DNA from: Isurus oxyrinchus
Lineage: Eukaryota
DNA length: 64,000 bases
Reading direction: 5' to 3'
Assembly: GCA_026770705.1 (NCBI GenBank)
Contig: JANJGN010000036.1
Coordinates: 4,092,001-4,156,000, forward strand
Part shown: positions 24,901-37,989 of the stretch, one piece after another
How positions within the stretch are numbered: the stretch's first letter is position 1
How the letters are laid out: each line of letters begins with the position of its first letter
The notes under the pieces: model-generated
Seen by the model: only the letters and a program-made list of their open reading frames with translations
Databases searched by the model: none
What the model was told of the DNA's origin: nothing
Made by a program: the position numbers and the translations under genes

Positions 24901-26739
24901 ACAGCAGCAGAAAGTGTCTCTCATCCCAAAGGCCTCAGTTCAGTTGTTAGAGGCTCTGGGAACCTCTTCAAATATAAATTTCAGCTTCTAAATCCATCAC
25001 CAACAAAAACCATTCCCTTTGCTGAGCAGCTTCACTCTCCATTCCCACCCTGTATTCCACCTTTTTCACAGCAACTGTGCTCCCAGATTCTTTACACCCT
25101 GAGATATTTGCAGCAAAACTAGTCCTGGGTCACATTTAATAATTGTTTTGGGGTCAGACATCAGTCACATCATCAATTACATTCCCAACCTGGGCTATGG
25201 GGATATATTTGTATTGTCTAATTTCAGAATAAAGTCCACAGACAGTTTTAACTTTGCTTGTGTTATTCTTTAAATAAGCTACCTGCTTGACTAGAGTGAG
25301 ATTGACATTAACCGTCTCTTCTTCCTGTCTGTCTGTGTCACAGTGGATCTGTGTGTTTGTGGATGTGTGTCTGTTAAGACGTGTGTGAGTTAGTGTGAGT
25401 ATGTATGTCTGTGTGTGTGTCTATGTCTCTCAGTGAGTGTGTTTATGAATGTGGATGAGTGTGTGTGTGTGTGTGTGTGTAAGATTGATATTATAAAGCA
25501 GCAACACATGCCACCTTTGGAACAGAATCATTTTACCCACCCTGTTTCCTGTTGATGTTAACGGCTTCCAGAAATAACAGATATCATTCAGCATCTGTGT
25601 GTTTATTGTGTTTTGGGGAAGGGTCACCAGTTTTACCAGAGTCAACACTGATTTATAAAAGGAAAAATTTCCTTGGCAATTCTGTTGGAGATTTTTTGAT
25701 GTTTGTGGCTGGTAGGTTAACTAAGGGGCAAGAGTGGAGGTAGTGCATTTGGATTCCAACTCAGCTGGTCTCTCTCTGTATCACCATAGCCAACAGGCGA
25801 GCAGACCAAGAGCTGCAAAATGGGAATAGATTGCAGAGCTCTTCACTTCTGGGCCAGCACAGACACACTGTGAATAAAGGCTGTAAAGATGTGAAAATAA
25901 ATTCTCTCCCATATATTGCTGGCGTTTGCTATGTAATTTCTTCCCTCTAGGACAAAGAATGTGCGAAATTGAGAAAATTGTCTTGGAGACATAGGTAATA
26001 AAAAACCTTTAACAAGATCCAAACATTGACAAGATATTGCAGAGGAGTTACAGAATACAGCAAATTTTAACTACTCCCATTCTGAATGGGATTAGAATCT
26101 GATAACTGAATCAAATATGCACATTGCAGACTGAAATAATCCCCAACTACCATCTCCAGCCAATATCCCCAATGGGGAATGAGGAGAGAGCTCATGTACA
26201 GGGTGAGGTGATAAAAGAGCGAATGCACCACCCGAGCAAACTGTGCACCCAGATTGAAACTTCAATCCCTTACACTGTTGGTCAATATTCACTCTTCATC
26301 AGTCTGTTTCCAGATGCAGCCATGCAGGAGCTGAACTTCTCTAGACTGGCAAAGAGCAGTGCCTGTAGAGGTGGTGAGCTGCCAGCAGAGGGTGGGCTTG
26401 TATCACTTTAATCACAAGACAGTGAAACAGGTTTGAGAAGAGGCTTTGACCCTTTTTTAAATTAATTCATTGATCAAAAGATATTTTTAAAAAGACAAAT
26501 CTCTGACAAAAGACTCAATCACACACACTTTTACCAATCTATGTGCGTCGGTGTGTTTGTGTTAGCTCTCTCAGTGCGGTTGTGTGTTATACAGAGTTAC
26601 CATCACATGCTTCATATTGACCTGTTCCATTAAACACTGTCAGGTCCAGTTGAGAATGGTGTTGGGTATAGAGTAAATTTCCCCCCACATTTTCCCATCA
26701 AACATCCCCAGGGCAGATAATCCTGTGTTATAGCTTCAT

Positions 26740-27720
26740 CAGGTTGACACCTCATTGTTAGGCATGCCCAGTGCTCTTCCTGGATGCCCTCCTGCACTCT
26801 TCATTGAACCAGGGTTGATCCACTGGCTTGGTGGTAATAGTAGAGTGGGAGAGGCCACGAGGTTGCAGATTGTGTTCGAGTACAATTCTGCTACTGCTGA
26901 TGGCCCACAGCACTTCATGGATGCCCAGTCTTCAGTTGCTAGATCTGTTCAAAATCTATCCCATTTGGCACAGTGGTAGATCCACATAACACGATGGAGG
27001 GTATCCTCAATGTGAAGGTGGGACTCTGTCTCCACAATGACTGTGCGGTGGTCACTCCTGCCAATACTGTCATGGACAGAAGCATCTGCAGCAGGCAGGT
27101 TGGTGAGGATGAGGTCAAGTATGTTTTTACCTTCTTGGTGCCCTCACCACCTGCAGCAGACCCAGTCTAGCAGCTATGTCCTTTCGGACTCAGCCAGCTC
27201 GGTCTGTGGCGGTGCTACAGGGACATTGATTTCCCCCACCCAGAGTACATTCTGCGCCCTTGCCACCCTCAGTGCTTCCTCCAAGCAGTGTTCAACATGG
27301 AGGAGCACTGATTCATCAGCTGAGGGAGGGCAGTACATGGTAATCAAGAGGTTTTCTTGCCCACGTTTGACCTGATGCCATGAGGTCTTGAGTCAATGTT
27401 GAGGACTCCCAGGGCAACTCCCTCCTGACTGTATACCACTGTGCTGCCACCTCTGCTGGGTCTGTCGTCCCAGGGATGGTGATGCCTGGGACGTTGTCTG
27501 TAAGGTATGATTCCGTGAGGATAACTAAGTCAAGCTGTTGCTTGACTAGTCTGTGAGACAGCTCTCCCAATTTTGGCACTAACCCCCAGATGTTAGTAAG
27601 GAGGACTTTGCAGGGTGGACAGGGCTGAGATTACTGTTGTCGTTTCCGGTGCCTAGGTCAATACTAAGTGGCCAGTCCGGTTTCATTCCCTTTTTGGGAC
27701 TTTGTAGAAGCTTTGCTACA
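26740..27720 (-). mobile_element. LINE family 'A' endonuclease (APE) region, degenerate
   Basis: Minus-strand PKLGELSHRLVKQQLDLVILTESYL; reverse complement of the 36620-37300 copy. Confidence 0.8.
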
Positions 27721-27779
27721 ACTGAGTGGATTGCTTGGCCATTTCAGAGAGCATTTTAGAGCCAACCACACTGCTGGTG

Positions 27780-28370
27780 GCTTGCCACAAACAGAAATCC
27801 CCGTACTCCAAAATATAAAGGGAGACCAATCAGATCAAGCAGCATCCAGGAAATAGAAGATACAGAGGAAGACCAAAGTGGTATTCTTGGGTGAAATCAT
27901 AAAATCCAAGAGGCCCTTTTGGACTGAGGATATCATAATCAATAGCCACAATCTTAAGTTGGACAGAGGGAGATGGAACTGGAAGGCTGAGGAAGCAAAG
28001 GCTAGAAAATAGAGGAGTTTCACAGCGCTCAGGGGTATGCTTCAATGCAAGGATTATAGTGAATAAAGCAGATCAGCTGAGGACACATACAAATCTGGCT
28101 GGATGATATCATAGCTATTACTGAAACATGGCTTAAGGATGGACATTCCTAATCACAGGGTTTTCAGACAAGATAGAGAAGGGGATGAAAAGGGTGGAGA
28201 GATGGTAATTTTGGTCAAAGAAATGATTTCAGTTGTGAGGAGGGATGGTATGTTAGAAGGATCATCAAATGAGGCCGTACGGGTTGAGCCTAGGAACAAG
28301 AAAGGGGCAGTCACACTGGGAGTGTACAATAGAACCCCAAACAGTCAGAGTGAGAGAGACAGGCTCCTCT
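27780..28370 (+). mobile_element. CR1 LINE ORF2 5' (APE) fragment
   Basis: atcatagctattactgaaacatggctt (IAITETWL), FRQDREG..KGG, GVYNRTPN. Confidence 0.7.
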
Positions 28371-28379
28371 GATACTGAA

Positions 28380-29215
28380 GCAGTCCATGTCCAAATGCAG
28401 CAAGACCTGGACAATATCCAGGTAACGTGGTAGTAATTTTCATGCCGCTTAAGTGTCAGGCAATGACCATCTCCAACAAGCGAGAATCAATTGCCCCTTG
28501 ACATTCAATGGCATTACCATCGCTGAATTCCCCACTATCAACATCCCGGGGGTTACCATTAACCAGAAACTGAACTGGACCAGCCATATAAATACTGTGG
28601 CTACAAGAGCAGGTCAGAGGCTGGGAATCCTGCAGCGAGTAACCCAACTTCTGACTCCCCAAAGCCTGTGCACCATCTACAAGGCACAAGTCAGGAGTGT
28701 GATGGAATACTCCCCACTTGCCTGGATGAGTGCAGCTCCAACAACACTCAAGAAGCTCGACACCGTCCAGGACAAAGCAGCCCTGCTTGATTGGCACCCC
28801 ATCCACAAACATTCACTCCCTCCACCACCGACGCACAGTAGCAGCAGTGTGTGTACCATCTACAAGATGCACTGCAGCAACTCACCAAGGTTCCTTAGAC
28901 GGCACCTTCCAAACCCATGACCTCTACCATCTAGAAGGACACTGGCAGCAGATACATGGGAACACCACCACCTGGAAGTTCCCCTCCAAAGCACTCACCA
29001 CACTGACTTGGGAATATATTGGCCGTTCCTTCACTGTCGCTGGGTCCAAATCCTGGAACTCCCTCCTTAACGGCACGGTGGGTGTACCTACACCACAGGG
29101 ACTGCAGCGGCTCAAGAAGGCAGCTCACCATCACCTTCTCAAGGGGGCAATTAGGGATGGGCAGTAAATGCTGGGCCCAGCCAGCGACACCCAAATCCCA
29201 TGGACAATTATTTTA
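28380..29215 (+). mobile_element. LINE family 'A' ORF2 C-terminus plus 3'UTR
   Basis: KLNWTSHINTVATRAGQRLGIL..IYKAQVRSVMEYSPLAWMSAAPTTLKKLD, frameshifted. Confidence 0.9.
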
Positions 29216-29644
29216 AAAAGGGACAGAGATAGACAAGGTGCTGGGAAAAGAGGGCCTGCTGCTGAACTCACCAGACCCTGACAACCATCAGCACTAAGCA
29301 CAGGGTTGACTAGATCTCTTACCAGTGGAGGCGTGTGTGCATCTGACCAGGTTTTGAGCCAGCCCATTCATCTGCACTCCTATCTTGACCATGGCACCCT
29401 CAGGCAGCACAGATCAGCACTGCCATCCACCAATGGACAGCCTTTACCAGACTGAATTGGCTACCCAGACAACTGCAAGGGCAACACAGCCAACTTTCTA
29501 AATGTTTCACAGGTCCCTCCACACATAGACTGTCACCCTCACCTTCTTCCAAAGGAAACGACCACGATACTGTAAGATTTATAGATTGGGGGCCACATTT
29601 ATAGACTAGTCATAAGTAATTTTAAGATGGTTTATTAAGTTAAG

Positions 29645-30205
29645 AATGTAAGAACATAAGGAAGAGGAGCAGGAGTAGGCCATTCGGCCCCTCAAGCCTA
29701 CCCCACCATTCAATAAGATCATGGCTGATCTGCCCCAGGCCTCAACTCCTCTGTCGTACCAGCTCCTCATAGCCCCCAACTCCCCGATATTTTAAAAATC
29801 TATCCACCTCCTCTTTAAATACATTCAGTGATCCAGCCTCCACAATTCTCTGGGGTAGAGAATTCCAGACATTCACTACCCTCAGAGAGAAGAAATTCCT
29901 TCGCATCTCAGTTTTAAATGAGTGTCCCCTTATTCTGTAACTATGTCCCCTAGTTCGAGATTCCCCCACTAGTGGGAGCATCTTCTCATATCTAACCTGT
30001 CAAGGCCCCTCAGAATCTTGCACGTTTCAATGAGATCACCCCTCATTCCTCCAAACTCCAATGAATAAAGGCCTAACCTGTTTAGCTGTTCTTGATAAGT
30101 CAATCCCTTCATCTCAGGAATCAGCCCAGTGAATCTCTTTTGAACTGCCTCCAATGCCAGTACATCCTTTTTCTTAAATACGAGGACCAAAACTCTACAC
30201 AGTAC
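29645..30205 (-). mobile_element. CR1 LINE 3' end
   Basis: LEAVQKRFTGLIPEMKGL, RTRGHS..EMRRNFFSLRVVNVWNSLP; microsatellite-like tail aagaacataag. Confidence 0.9.
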
Positions 30206-31635
30206 TTGAGAAAGCAAGTTGATTAAGAAACAACAGTTTAGATATGATACATTTACTAATTAGGCAGAAGTGTCCAACCCGGAACTGCTCAAGAAAGCAG
30301 CACTCCGCTCTCCAGTCCAAGTGTTAGTAAACTCTTCCCTCGATCTCTTGACTTTCCTCCTCCTCCCCTGGTCCAGCCTCCATCTGTAGAAGGCATTTCC
30401 CCAACGAGAACTGCTCCCCCACCAGCACCTAGCAGCACCTCAGCCCCCTACCACCAATATGAGCCCTATCTGTATACCCTTTTTTGGGGGCCAGTAGCTT
30501 ACCCAGTGTCAATCATCTAACTCTTCTGACCAATGGATACAGGACAGGTAGTCAAAACATCAGGGTGGTTACCACTTTGAGGTGAGAGGTCAGCATCTTG
30601 CTGAGGGTCATACCCTGACCTTTCCTGAACGCATGGGAGATAAGGGGGTACACAGAGCCCCACCTAAACACTCGGATATCCGAAAAGGGCAGCCTGAGCT
30701 AAGCGACCATGCTGTTTCTGAAGGCTGTTCAGAGGTCAAAGTGTTTGTAAAGAGGGGCAATCAATGCTGCATAGGAAATCCTATAAAACGCAGAAGATAC
30801 CTGCTTATTAAAGACCCCAATTTCTTACAATCCGGCAGACTGGCCAAACCACCTGGTCTTTCCCTATGACTGAGGGGTGGTAACAGTGGCTTGGGGTGGA
30901 GTAAGTGAGGGGGAGGTAGGGTGTGTAAATACTTGAGTATTTGAGTACAGTATAAGACCTGGGGAATGTAGTGAGAAGGGTTAAAAGCTCTTATGCTAAT
31001 AGCTAATAAACATCATCAGTGGGATCAGATCCGCATGTGACTGGGCCTCAGTGAGACATGGTTCCGAAAGGAGCCTTGTCCACGAAGTTCCCGAATGCCC
31101 GGTTTCCAGACATCTCTCTTCCACACACCCTGGGACCAGCTACGATGATATTTCAGCCCTCACCCACTCGCAACACATCGCCGTTCCACACAGGACCCAC
31201 ACCACCACCCGCTCGCCACTCAGTGTCAAAACCCTAGCGGCCTGGTCCCCGAGTCCTCGCGGCAACTCAGGAGTGAGGCAGTGAGGGCTCTGCAGGGGAA
31301 CGGCAGGCGAGGGCTGGGAGTGGGGCAGTAAGGCAGCCAGAGAGAGGAGCAGCGGTGAGGGGTTGGGAGCTGGGCGGCAGGAGGAACAGCGAGCCGGCTG
31401 GCTGGCGAGGCAGCGAGGGGGGTTGGGAGTAGGGAAGTGATCGACACGGGTCTAGTTAATGCAGCATCACTGGCAGTAACAGACACTGCAGCTACATGCA
31501 TGGTGAGGGCACCCTTTGCAATTGCATTGTGAGCAAACGCAGCCCATCTTCATCCATCCTGTAGCTTTCCTCTGACCAGAGCTGGATTTTCCACCATCTC
31601 CATATTGAGACTCTCTGATTCCTATTCTCAGCTGA

Positions 31636-32065
31636 AGTGGTCCCCAGTGTGGTGTCTCGGTGTAAGTGGTCCCTGGGTGTGGCGTCTCGGTGTAAGTGGT
31701 CCCTGGGTGTGGTGTCTCGGTGTAAGTGGTCCCTGGGTGTGGCGTCTCGGTGTAAGTGGTCCCTGGGTGTGGTGTCTCGGTGTAAGTGGTCCCTGGGTGT
31801 GGCGTCTCGGTGTAAGTGGTCCCTGGGTGTGGCGTCTCGGTGTAAGTGGTCCCTGGGTGTGGCACCTCAGTGTACGTGGTCCCTGGCTGTGGCGTCTCGG
31901 TGTAAGTGGTGCGTGGGTGCGGCGTCTCAGTGTAAGTGGTGCCTGGGTGCGGCATCTCAGTGTACGTGGTCCCTGGCTGTGGCGTCTCAGTGTAAGTGGT
32001 GCGTGGGTGCGGCGTCTCAGTGTAAGTGGTGCCTGGGTGCGGCATCTCAGTGTAAGTGGTCCCTG
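31636..32065. repeat. 30-bp minisatellite, about 14 copies
   Basis: Unit gtgtggcgtctcggtgtaagtggtccctgg. Confidence 0.95.
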
Positions 32066-32560
32066 CATTTGGTCTCAGGGAGGAAACTCCTGGTTTTATC
32101 TCCACCTCCCCAACTACCTTCCTCAGCCAGAAGCTTTTGATCTTTCCCTGGCTTCTCTTTCTTTCCAGGCCTCATGTTTCACCGTGTTGTGGAAGAGGAT
32201 GTCTGCCCTGTCGAGGGTCCCTCTGCTGCACATTTTTGTACAGGTATTTCCCATTTAAAAGGGGAGAGGTGGAAGGTGTGCAAAGCTGGTACTCATCCAG
32301 AAGAGTTACCAAGGGAACCGAGAAATCATCTAAAGCTAAAAAGAACAAAACAGCCCAAAACAGAGCATTAATATATCTCCTCACCTTCGAAAATGAAACA
32401 GTCAACACAGTGTTCAGAACAAACCCGATTTATTTGACGTTTACCCAGGATATTAAATTCCAACCCATTTATCAGAAACAAACAGGTGACTGTTCAAATG
32501 GTCCAGCCGTGGGTGTGACTTAGCATCCGCATTGATAACCAAATCCAATCCTTGCAGGCA

Positions 32561-33883
32561 CTAGTGAACTTGCTGGTGTCTCAGCAGGTTAGATAACTTT
32601 GCGAATCCCTTCCCGCACACAGAGCAGGTGAACGGTCGCTCCCCACTGTGAACACTCTGGTGCGCAGTTAGGCTGGACGAGCGGGTGAATTGTCTCCCAC
32701 ACTCGGAGCAGGCGAAGGGTCTCTCCCCGGTGTGAACCCGCTGGTGAGTGAGGAGGTCAGACGAGCTGGCAAAGGCCTTCCCACACAGGAGGCAGGCGAA
32801 GGGCCTCTCCCCTGTGTGTAAGCGCTGGTGTCTCAGCAAGCTGGATTTCTGAGCGAATTCCTTCCCGCACTCTGTGCAGGGGAACAGCCACTCCCTGGCG
32901 TGGGAGCGCTGGTGTATCAGCAGGTTGGAGGACCGAGTGAACACCTTCCCGCACACCGGGCAGAGGGAAAGCCTCTCCCCGGTGTGAACCCGCTCGTGCT
33001 CTGCGAGGCGGGTCCTCTTCCTGCAGCGGGAGCAACGAGACGGTTTCTCGCCCGTCTGAGGCTGCTGGCGTGTATTCAGTTCCGCTGGGCTCTGAAAGGC
33101 GTTTCCGCAGCCGGAGCACTTGAAAGGCCTGGTGTGAATGCGCTGGTGCGTCTGCAGGCTGGACAGCCGCGTGAACCCCTTGCCGCACTCCGAGCAGACG
33201 AACGGCCTCTCCCCTGTGTGGCTGCGCATGTGGCCTTCCAGCTGAGACGGGTAAATGAATTCTTTCCCACACACAGAGCAGGCGAATGGTTTGTCCGCAG
33301 AATGGGCCCGCCGGTGTCTCAGCAGGTAGGTTGAATTAGTGAAGGTCTTCCCGCACTCCGAGCAGGTGAAGGGCCTCTCCTTGACGTGCTCACGCTGGTG
33401 GGTCCGGAAGTCGGCGGAGAGAACGAAGCCCTCCCCACACACGGAGCAGGTGAACGGGCCGGCGCCGGTGTGAACCCGCTGGTGTCTCAGGAGCTCGGAC
33501 GACTGCCTGAATCTCTCGCCGCACTGGGAGCAGCAGAACGGTCTATCGGTGTGAATCAGCTGGTGTGTGCTCAGCTCCTCGGAGCTTTTAAACCTGTCCC
33601 CACACTCCGAGCAGTTGAAAGGTTTCTCCACTGTGTGAATTCGCTGGTGCGTCAGCAGGTGGGCTGACTGGGTGAATCCCTTCCCACACTCGGAGCAGGT
33701 GAACGGCTTCTCCCCCGAGTGAGTCCTCTGGTGCTTATGTAGGCCGGAGGACTGAGTGAATCCCTTCCCACACTCGGAGCAGGTGAACGGCCTCTCTCCC
33801 GTGTGGTTGCGCCGATGAATTTCCAGAACAGACGGGGATCTGAATCCCTTCCCGCAGTCTCCACATTTCCACGGCTTCTCCAT
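32561..33883 (-). CDS. C2H2 zinc-finger protein, 440 aa, 14 intact + 2 degenerate fingers, no KRAB
   Basis: Tandem CxxC-x12-HxxxH with TGERPF linkers; last-exon acceptor ttttacAG at 34231-34230; minus-strand AATAAA at 32434-32429. Confidence 0.93.
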   Translation of the reverse strand: MEKPWKCGDCGKGFRSPSVLEIHRRNHTGERPFTCSECGKGFTQSSGLHKHQRTHSGEKPFTCSECGKGFTQSAHLLTHQRIHTVEKPFNCSECGDRFKSSEELSTHQLIHTDRPFCCSQCGERFRQSSELLRHQRVHTGAGPFTCSVCGEGFVLSADFRTHQREHVKERPFTCSECGKTFTNSTYLLRHRRAHSADKPFACSVCGKEFIYPSQLEGHMRSHTGERPFVCSECGKGFTRLSSLQTHQRIHTRPFKCSGCGNAFQSPAELNTRQQPQTGEKPSRCSRCRKRTRLAEHERVHTGERLSLCPVCGKVFTRSSNLLIHQRSHAREWLFPCTECGKEFAQKSSLLRHQRLHTGERPFACLLCGKAFASSSDLLTHQRVHTGERPFACSECGRQFTRSSSLTAHQSVHSGERPFTCSVCGKGFAKLSNLLRHQQVH

Positions 33884-34364
33884 GGTTCAGGCGTGCTCGT
33901 GTCTCTCCGGGGTTAGATGATCTGTTGAAGCTTCGTCCACACAAAGGACGTGCACATGGTTTCTCCCCACTGTGAACGGTGTGATGTCTCCTCAGGCTGT
34001 GTAACTGCTTAAAGCTCTTTCTACGGGCAGTGCACTGCAACACTCTCACTCGGGCATGTGTAGGTGCTTTTCCAGTCACACTGATGTTCAAAACCTATTC
34101 CCACTGACCGAACAGGCAAACATTCGAAGGCTGATGATATTCAGGTCCTGATGAATCGAGAGACTCTGTCAGATCTTGACAGGATGTTTGGTTTGAGTTT
34201 CCGTCTATAAATCCCCTCCATCTAATATCCTGTAAAAAGAGTTTAGAAAAGCCATCATCGTAAGTACAGGATAGAAATACAGAACAAAAATATTCTGCTT
34301 TCTATGTTTTATTTTCCACCCTTGTTTCCCCAAAGCTGTAAACTCCCATTCCGACACACACAAA

Positions 34365-36020
34365 CTCACTCTCTCTCATGCACACTCACTCTCTCTCCCT
34401 CTCACACGCACATTCACTCTCTCTCTCCCTCTCTCACGCACACTCTCTCTCTCACGCGCTCACTCTCTCTCACGCGCTCACTCTCTCCCCCTCTCTCACG
34501 CGCTCTCTCTCTCTCCCCCTCTCTCACGCGCGCTCGCTCTCTCCCCCTCTCTCACGCGCGCTCGCTCTCTCCCCCTCTCTCACGCGCGCTCGCTCTCTCC
34601 CCCTCTCTCACGCGCGCTCGCTCTCTCCCCCTCTCTCACGCGCGCTCGCTCTCTCCCCCTCTCTCACGCGCGCTCGCTCTCTCCCCCTCTCTCACGCGCG
34701 CTCGCTCTCTCCCCCTCTCTCACGCGCGCTCGCTCTCTCCTCCTCTCTCACGCGCGCTCGCTCCCTCCCCCTCTCTCGCGCGCTCGCTCTCTCCCCCTCT
34801 CACGCGCGCTCGCTCTCTCCCCATCTCTCACGCGCGCTCGCTCTCTCCCCCATCTCACGCGCGCTCCCTATCTCTCCCTCTCTCGTGCACACGCTCTCCC
34901 TGTCACGCGCGCTCGCTCTCTCTCCCTCTCTCCCGCGCGCTCGCTCCCTCTCTCTCTCCCGCGCGCTCGCTCCCTCTCTCTCTCCCGCGCGCTCGCTCCC
35001 TCTCTCTCCCCCGCGCGCTCGCTCCCTCTCTCTCCCCCGCGCGCTCGCTCCCTCTCTCACGCGCGCCCGCTCCCTCTCTCTCTCACGCGCGCCCGCTCCC
35101 TCTCTCTCTCACGCGCGCCCGCTCCCTCTCTCTCTCACGCGCGCCCGCTCCCTCTCTCTCTCACGCGCGCCCGCTCCCTCTCTCTCTCACGCGCGCCCGC
35201 TCCCTCTCTCTCTCACGCGCGCCCGCTCCCTCTCTCTCTCACGCGCGCCCGCTCCCTCTCTCTCTCACGAGCGCCCGCTCCCTCTCTCTCTCACGCGCGC
35301 CCGCTCCCTCTCTCTCTCACGCGCGCCCCGCTCCCTCTCTCTCTCACGCGCGCCCGCTCCCTCTCTCTCTCACGCGCGCCCGCTCCCTCTCTCTCTCACG
35401 CGCGCCCGCTCCCTCTCTCTCTCGCGCGCCCGCTCCCTCTCTCTCGCGCGCACTCACTCTCTCTCTCACGCGCACTCACTCTCTCTCTCACGCGCACTCT
35501 CTCTCTCACGCGCACTCACTCTCTCTCTCACGCGCACTCACTCTCTCTCTCACGCACACTCACTCTCTCTCTCACGCACACTCACTCTCTCTCTCACGCA
35601 CACTCACTCTCTCTCTCACGCACACTCACTCTCTCTCTCATGCACACTCACTCTCTCTCTCACGCACACTCACTCTCTCTCACGCACACTCACTCTCTCT
35701 CTCACGCACACTCTCACTCTCACGCACACTCTCACTCTCTCTCACGCACACTCACTCTCTCTCACGCACACTCACTCTCTCTCACGCACACTCACCTCTC
35801 TCTCTCACGCACACTCACTCTCTCTCTCACGCACACTCACTCTCACGCACACTCACACTCTCTCTCACGCACACTCACTCTCTCTCTCTCACGCACTCAC
35901 TCTCTCTCTCACGCACACTCACTCTCTCTCTCACGCACACTCACTCACTCCCTCTCACACACACATACACACTCTCACTCCCTCTCACACACACACACTC
36001 TCTCTAACGCGCACACACAG
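34365..36020. repeat. 1.65-kb compound (CT)n/CACGCGCG satellite in the ZNF intron
   Basis: Units of ~20-28 bp: ctctctcacgcgcgctcgctctctcccc, then cacgcgcgcccgctccctctct, then cacgcacactcactctct. Confidence 0.95.
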
Positions 36021-36619
36021 AGACATACACGCTCCATCCTTCCTATACTGAAATCCATACCCGTCACACTATCTCTACCATCAGTTTCTTCCACTCCCAA
36101 TTTTCTCCCTCTTACTCCATACTCGCTGGTTCCTCTCCCTCTCTCTTCTCCCCTAAGGATGCTGACTCTGGCTGGGTTCAGTTCGACACTCACGGGCTCA
36201 TCTCTCTCTCTCCCCTCTCCTGATGATGCTGACTATATCGGCGTGTGAGCTCTCTACACCTTTTCCAAAACTCTGCCCTCATTGATAAGCTTTCCCTCTG
36301 TAATGTAACCCAATCATGGTGAGGGGCTATCCCTGACCTTTCACCTTTTTCCCTTTAGTTACTTAGCCCTGACACAGAAACCATAGAAATTTATGATCCA
36401 TCACCCCCACTTTCCAGCACTTACTCCTGTATGTTACAGCACCTCAAGTGCGTATCCAAGTTATGAATTTGCCTCTACCATCCCTTCAGGCAGTGAGTTC
36501 CAAATCTCCAGCGCGCCAGCAAATTTAGCAACCCATTCCTTCCATCCCTTCATCCAGATCATTTATATCAATTGTACAAAGTTGAGGTCCCAGCTCTGAT
36601 CCCTGTGGCACACCAGACG

Positions 36620-37955
36620 TGGTGGCTCAGTGGTATACAGTCAGAATGAGAGTCCTCAATATTGACTCCGGATCCCATGATGTCTCAGGGCATTAGGGCC
36701 AACATGGGCAAAGAAACCTCCAGCTGATTTCCACCTACCTAACCCTTCCCACCACACCATGACCCCCCCCACCCCATAAATCAATGCTCCTCCATGTTGA
36801 ACACCACTTGGAGGAAGCACTGAGGGTGGCAAGGGCACAGAATATACTCTGAGTGGGGGACTTCAATATCCATCACCAAAAGTGGCTCGGTAGCACCACT
36901 AATGACCGAACTGGCCAAGAACTAAATGAGATAGTTGCTGGGCTAGGTCTGCGGCAGGTGGCGAGGGAACCAACAAGAGGGGAAAACCTATTTGACCTCG
37001 TCCTCACCAATCTACCAAATGCATCTGTCCATGACAGTATAGATAGGAGTGACCAACACACAGTCTGCATGGAGATGGAGTCCTGTCTTCACATTGAGGA
37101 TACCCTCCATCATGTTGTGTGGCATTACCACCGTGCTCAATGGGATAGATTTCAAACAGATCTAGAAACTCAAAACTGGGCATCCATGAGGTGCTGTGGG
37201 TCATCAGCAACAGCAGAATAGTACTTGACTACAGCCTGTAACCTCATGGCCCGGCATATCTCCCACTCTAGCATTATCATCAAGCTGGGTGATCAAGGCT
37301 AGTTCAATGAAGGCATTAGGAGCAGCACCAGGCTTCCCTAAAAATGAAGTGTCAACTTTGTTAAGCTACAAAACAGGAATACTTGCCTGCTAAACATCAG
37401 AAGCCAAATGCGATTGACAGAGCTAAGCGATTCCACAACCAACAGATCAGATCTAAGCTCTGCAGTCCTGCTGTATCTAATCATGAATGGTGGTGGACAA
37501 TTAAACAACTAACAGGAGGAGCAAGCTCCACAAATATCCTCATCCTTAATGATGGGTGAGCCAGCACATCAGTGCAACAGAGAAAAGCTGACGCACTTGC
37601 TACCCTCCTCAACTAGCTGAGTGGATGATCCATCTTGGCCTGCTCACTAAGTCCTGAACATCACAGATGCAAGTTTTCAGCCAATCTGATTCACGCCACG
37701 TGACATCAAGAAACAGCTGAAGGCACTGGATGCTGCAAAGGCTACGGGCCTTGACAACATTCTGGTAATGGTGCTGAAGACTTGTGCTCCAGAATTAGCC
37801 ACCCCGCTAGTCAAGCTGTTCCGGTACAGCTACTACACTAGCATCTACCCGGCAATGTGGAAAATAGCCCAGCTACACCCTGTGCACAAAAAGTAATCCA
37901 ACCCGGTCAATTACCCCTACCCCCCCATCAGTCTCCTCTCAATCAATAGCAAAGC
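36620..37955 (+). mobile_element. LINE family 'A' APE to RT-start region, degenerate
   Basis: GDFNIHHQKWLGS, PTRGENLFDLVLTN, SDQHTV; later KATGLDNI..LKTCAPELA. Confidence 0.85.
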
Positions 37956-37989
37956 GGTCACCCAGTCTGCATTTTGTCTCTCCAGTGTA

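Noticed and set aside
31467-32258. PHPGTTYTET-repeat mucin-like ORF
   Set aside because: 30-bp minisatellite open in several frames on both strands; no splice or signal context
34304-36248. 557-567 aa S/L/R/H-rich ORFs
   Set aside because: Stop-free translation of a CT/CG satellite
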